Origin: Mobula hypostoma
Lineage: Eukaryota
DNA length: 64,000 nucleotides
Direction: 5' to 3'
Assembly (NCBI RefSeq): GCF_963921235.1
Contig: NC_086108.1
Span: 88,290,001 to 88,354,000 of the forward strand
Positions 59,372 through 64,000 of this stretch are shown piece by piece. The notes beneath the pieces are model-generated. The model saw only the letters and a program-made list of their open reading frames with translations, was not told the DNA's origin and did not search any database. Numbering within the stretch: position 1 is the first letter of the stretch; the number at the start of each line of letters is the position of its first letter. A program made the translations under genes and the position numbers.

Positions 59372-61202
59372 ATATGGAAAGATTGCAGGATTTATGAACA
59401 TTTGGAGAGGCATCATATGATTAGGAATAGTCAGCGTGGCTTTGTCAAAGGCAGGTTGTGCCTTACAGGCCTGAATGAATTTTTTGAGGATGTGACTAAA
59501 TACGTTGATGAAAGTAGAGCTGTAGATGTAGTGTATATGGATTTCAGCAAGGCATTTGATAAGATACCCCATGCAAGACTTATTGAGAAAGTAAGGAGGC
59601 ATGGGATTCAAGGGGACATTGCTTTGTGGATCCAGAACTGGCTTGCCCACAGAAGGCAGAGTGATTGTAGATGGGTCATATTCTGCACGTAGATCAGTGA
59701 CCAGTGGTGTGCTTCAGGGATCTGTTCTAGGACCCCTTCTCTTTGTGATTTTTATAACTGACCTGGATGAGGAAGTGGAGGGATGGTTTCGTAAATTTAC
59801 TGATGACTCAAAGGTTGGGGGTGTTGTGGATAATGTGGAGGGCTGTCAGAGGTTACAGCGGGACGTCAATAGGATGCAAAACTGGGCTGAGAAGTGGCAG
59901 ATGGAGTGTGAGATGGTTCATTTTGGTAGGTTAAATATGATGGCAGAATATAGTATTAATGGTAAGACTCTTGGCAATGTGGAGGATCAGCGGGATCTTG
60001 GGGTCTGCAGGCTGACAGATGGCATACAGTGTATTGGTCTTCATCAACCGTGGGACTGAGTTTAAGAGCCGAGAGGTAATGCTACAGCTATATTATGTGT
60101 TCGTTCATCGTCGACGTCGATGAGGACCTTGATACCATTATGATGGTGTCGAGACTAGCACGTGACTTGGATTTAAGTGAGGGAGAGTTGTGCAGCATCT
60201 GCCTCACTCTCTGTTCCCAATTCCCATCTAGATCCAGTGGCAAGACAGAGTCAAGACAGCTGGAGATGGGACTAGGCGCAGTGGATGACCAGGACATCTT
60301 CTGTGTCTTGTCCTGCTCTACACGTTCCACGACGCTTGCAGAAACCGCCTTCTTGACCGTTGGACCTTCCATTGGTCTCGTCTGCTCAATCCGCCGGAGT
60401 CTGTTTTCACATGCTGGGATAGGCAACTCCCTATCTCACCGAGTGTTTGAGACCCGTCGGCTACACTCACCTGGTTTAGCTGGCTTGTCGAAGTCATTAC
60501 CTGGGGTGTGGCCGCTGTCGCATGCAAACAGCTACGGAGAGCCACAGGTGAGAGCTGAGTGCCAGGTGGAGACCAAAGGTGGACGTGACATGTTCCCCCA
60601 CCAGAGGTGCTACCCCTCCCTGACACCCCATACACCCCTACAGCTATATAGGACCCACTTGGAGTACTGTACTCAGTTCTGGTTACCTCACTACAAGAAG
60701 GATGTGGAAACTATAGAAAGGGTGCAGAGGAGATTTACAAGGATGTTGCCTGGATTAGGGAGCATGCGTTTTGAGAATAGGTTGAGTGAACTCGGCCTTC
60801 TCTCCTTGAAGCGGCGGAGGATGAGAGGTGACCTGATAGAGGTGCATAAGATGATGAGAGGCATTGGTCGTGTGGATAGTCAGAGGCTTTTTCCCAGGGC
60901 TGGAATGGCTAGCACGAGAGGGCATAGTTTTAAAGTGCTTGGAAGAAGGTACAGAGGAGATGTCAGGGTAAGTTTTTTTACGCAGAGAGTGGTGAGTGCG
61001 TGGAATGGGCTGCCGGCGGCGGTAGTCGAGGCAGAAACGATGGGGTCTTTTAAGAAACTCCCAGATGGCTACATGGAGCTTAGAAAAATAGAGGGCTATG
61101 GGTAACCCTAGGTAATTTCTAAAGTAAGTATGTGTTCAGCACAGCATTGTGGGCTGAAGGGTCTGTACTCTGCTGTAGTTTTTATATGTTTTTATATTTC
61201 TA
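59372..61202 (+). mobile_element. CR1 LINE RT/3' region, interrupted at 60094-60637
   Basis: SQRGFVKGRLCLTGL, VYMDFSKAFD, VTSGVLQGSVLGP, KFTDDSK, HLEYCTQFW, MRGDLIEV. Confidence 0.93.
60094..60637 (-). mobile_element. ~545-nt non-coding retroposon (RTE-derived SINE-like, tentative) nested in CR1
   Basis: Perfect 12-bp TSD CTACAGCTATAT (60082-60093, 60638-60649); CR1 reading resumes on both sides. Family and strand are tentative. Confidence 0.7.
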
Positions 61203-61239
61203 CCTCTTAAAACAGCCAGAAATGCTGAAAATCTGAAAT

Positions 61240-64000
61240 TGTGGAGACCAGCATTAAAGCTCAGAGGGCAGAAATGTTTCTATTCAAATGTGATACTGCT
61301 CTTTGACCTTCTGATGATCTGTACTGGAATAGGAACCCAAGATCAGAGTAATGGTTATGATGTTATTCAACTTCATTACATTAGTACTGAGGGTTTTCGC
61401 AAATAAAATGGCAGAGGTGTTTTAGGTTTCATAAATGCCGAAGCAACTCATTCATTGAACACCCAAAAACTGAACTCAAAGCACACTAAAAGCCCTTTAT
61501 GCAATTACATCGTTACATCAGACCAGCCTCTTAAAATGAACCCCAAATCAACGGTGGTTGTGAATTATGTATATTTTCACCAATTACATTACCCTACACA
61601 GGTACCCCACCCCCACCCAGAAATCATTAAAACTGGCATCGTGAGCCAATCTGGAACCCAGATAAACCACCAGGTTTGGGTCCTATGTTCCAAGGGTGGA
61701 GGAACAGCAGGTGCCTCTGGCTCATCCAGAGGTGCGTTGACATGCTATTGGTCAGGATGAGACGGCAGGGGCATGGTAGCGGAATCCTCCAAATCTTGGT
61801 GGGCCTGTTTTAGGTCATTTACCAGAATACATTCAGGTTTACCCCTCCTATCTATGATAAAAGTCTTTTCTCCCCGTTCCAAAATGTGGAACAGGCCATT
61901 GTAAGTGGGCCTAAGGGGACGTTGCTGTGCATCGTGGTGGACGAAAACAAACAAGGTGAATAGGTGAACAGGAATTGACTTTACTGGCGAAGGTGAATGC
62001 TATTCAGAGGCCAACTAGGGGCTTATAGAGTTAGGAATGAAATCACCTGGCACTCATAACGGCCGTCTGTATACCAACTCAGCCACGGACGACTGCACGT
62101 CCTCTTTTGGAGAAGTTCTGAGCCCCAGTAGGACCCATGGGAGATGATAATGCCAACACTCATCAATCAGAGAAGCCCTCAGAGCAGCCTTTAAGGAGCC
62201 ATGAAACCATTCGCTTCGGCCATTGGACTACGGGTGTTGCGCTGTGGTGTGACATAGCCTAACGCCGAGGTTCTGGGCCATTGCAGCCCAGAAGTCTGAT
62301 ATTTCCCCGGTCAGAGGAAGTATCAGATGGCATGCCAAACTGAGAAACCCGGGTGCTGATGAACGTCCGAGCCACGTCTGCAGCCATCGTCGATGCCAGG
62401 GGGACGACCTCTGGCCGCCTGGTGGTATGGTCCACCATTGGTAAGGAGGAGTGTGAAACTGCTGGAAGGGGGGAAGAGAACCAACAGGTCCACATTGACC
62501 TGGTCAAACCATTGCTCAGGGACCTCAAAAGGTGCCATTGTCGACTGCAGACGAAGGTTAATTTTTGCCCACTGTCACTCCACACAGGCTGCAAAAGCCA
62601 TGCCACACAAACTTCAGTGTAGCCTGTGAGGCCTTCCGGCCATGTATGGAGTCAAAAACAATCCGCTTCCAGCCTGTGGTCACGATGGGACGAGGGTGAC
62701 GGGTTGAGACATCAAACAAGAGAGAAACCCCAGCTTCTCCAAACTTAAATGTCTGTCTGTGACTGCTGTTGAGTAAGCCTAGACCTCTGGGTCAGCAGCT
62801 TGGTCGGCTGCCATGCCAGCATAGTCACCCCCTCTGTGTACGGCCTCAATGGCTGGCTGTGAGAGGTGATCAGCACCTTCTGCAGAGATGCAATGGCTGG
62901 GAAAGTCAATGGTTGATAACCCAAACTGGCAGTTAGCAGGGTTTATAATCAACCTGTGTTGGCTTAAGGGCTCGAAAAATGTTGGGAGATGGAATACATG
63001 TTTGGATTTCAATGCACCAGTGACAAGTATGCCATCCAGGTAAACAAAAAGAAAATCTAAGTCTTTTAATACAGAGTCCATCAGCTATTGGAAAGTCTGT
63101 GCTGCATTTCAGCACAGAAACTCAAAAAGGCCAAATGAGGTTATCTCAGCTGTTTTGTGACTGTCCTCTGAGCACACTGGCACCCGATGGTAGCCCCTAA
63201 CTAAAAACTGGAAAAAAGTGACTTTCTGGCTAAATGTATTGAAATATCTTGGATGTGTGGGACCGGGTAGTGATCCGGGGCAGTGACCTTGTTAAGGTGT
63301 CGGTAATCACCACATTGTCGGCAACCACCATTGGACTTAGGGACCATATGGAAGGGTAAAGTTCAGGGGCTGTTTGATTGGCGTACAATGCCAAGTCTTT
63401 CCATGTTGGCAAACTCAGCCTTCATGGTTGCCAGTTTTGTTGGGTCCAGTCTACGCATGCAGGCATGGACTGGCGGACCAGTTGTGGGAATATGGTGCTC
63501 GACCCCTATGTTTTGTGAGTTTTGTGGAGAACGCGGACTTGGTGAGGTTTGGGAGTCCACCCAGCAGTCGAGTAAACTCACATGTGGTGGTGCATGCGCT
63601 TGACAGAGTTGTTGTGGGGAACTTACTGGAGGAGCAGCGGAATGACCCAAAGTCCTTGATATCCACACGCTGGCAGTTCCTAAGGTTGACCGACAGTCCT
63701 TGGGCAGACAGGAGATCTGCACCGAGCAGAGGTCTAGCCACTTTAGCCAGGACATAGTCCCATGTGTAACTTCGTCCACTGAAGGAGAGTGTCACCAGAC
63801 GTGTCCTGTAAGTTTGGATCCCATTGCCATTGGCGGTCTCCAGTGAGGTTTGATCACTCTTTGCCTTCTCATCAATAGATGATGCTGACAGCACACTCTC
63901 CTGAGCACCTGAGTTACAGAAGAAGCTTCGACCTGAAAGGGTGTCCGTAGTGAACAGCAGATGGCCCTGGCAGCTGGAACCCATGGTGTTCACAGACTTC
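61240..64000 (-). mobile_element. Degenerate Ty3/Gypsy element (protease, RT, integrase, PPT, 3' LTR), continuing beyond the window
   Basis: FFCNSGAQESV protease, GVEHHIPTTGPPV, FVYLDGILV, VDHTTRRPEVVPL/SSDRG integrase, LRPTYNGLFHILER; G-rich PPT at ~61603-61618. Left LTR boundary uncertain. Confidence 0.88.

Noticed and set aside
60095..61105. 336-aa ORF, the longest in the window
   Set aside because: Chance fusion of a non-coding TSD-flanked insert with the CR1 ORF2 C-terminus; not a host gene.
1..64000. CRISPR arrays or prokaryotic operons
   Set aside because: Spliced vertebrate genes and eukaryotic transposons throughout; no regularly spaced repeat-spacer array seen.

Overview
Repeat-dense vertebrate genomic DNA. 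The repeat families point to a cartilaginous fish, probably a ray (inference). Two host genes face each other tail-to-tail. (1) The last 8 coding exons of an AP-1 adaptor mu1 subunit lie on + (2924-24006); all introns are GT-AG and the first seven exon sizes match the vertebrate AP1M pattern. The protein is a mu1A/mu1B mosaic best explained as ap1m3 (mu1C). (2) tmem125 lies on - as a single coding exon (40530-41192). Most of the remainder is layered transposon debris: CR1, Rex1/Babar, RTE and L1-like LINE fragments, V-SINEs, a Passport-like Tc1 element, two degenerate Gypsy LTR retrotransposons (one with a PNMA-type gag) and solo LTRs. The most striking structure is a set of Penelope-like element (PLE) pieces. 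Their terminal repeat carries a minimal hammerhead ribozyme (best copy 47160-47195). It recurs as single TSD-flanked fold-back insertions with one long and one short arm, and as tiny insertions, one of which starts within a few bases of the predicted ribozyme cleavage site. All family assignments come from motif recognition; no database search was run.
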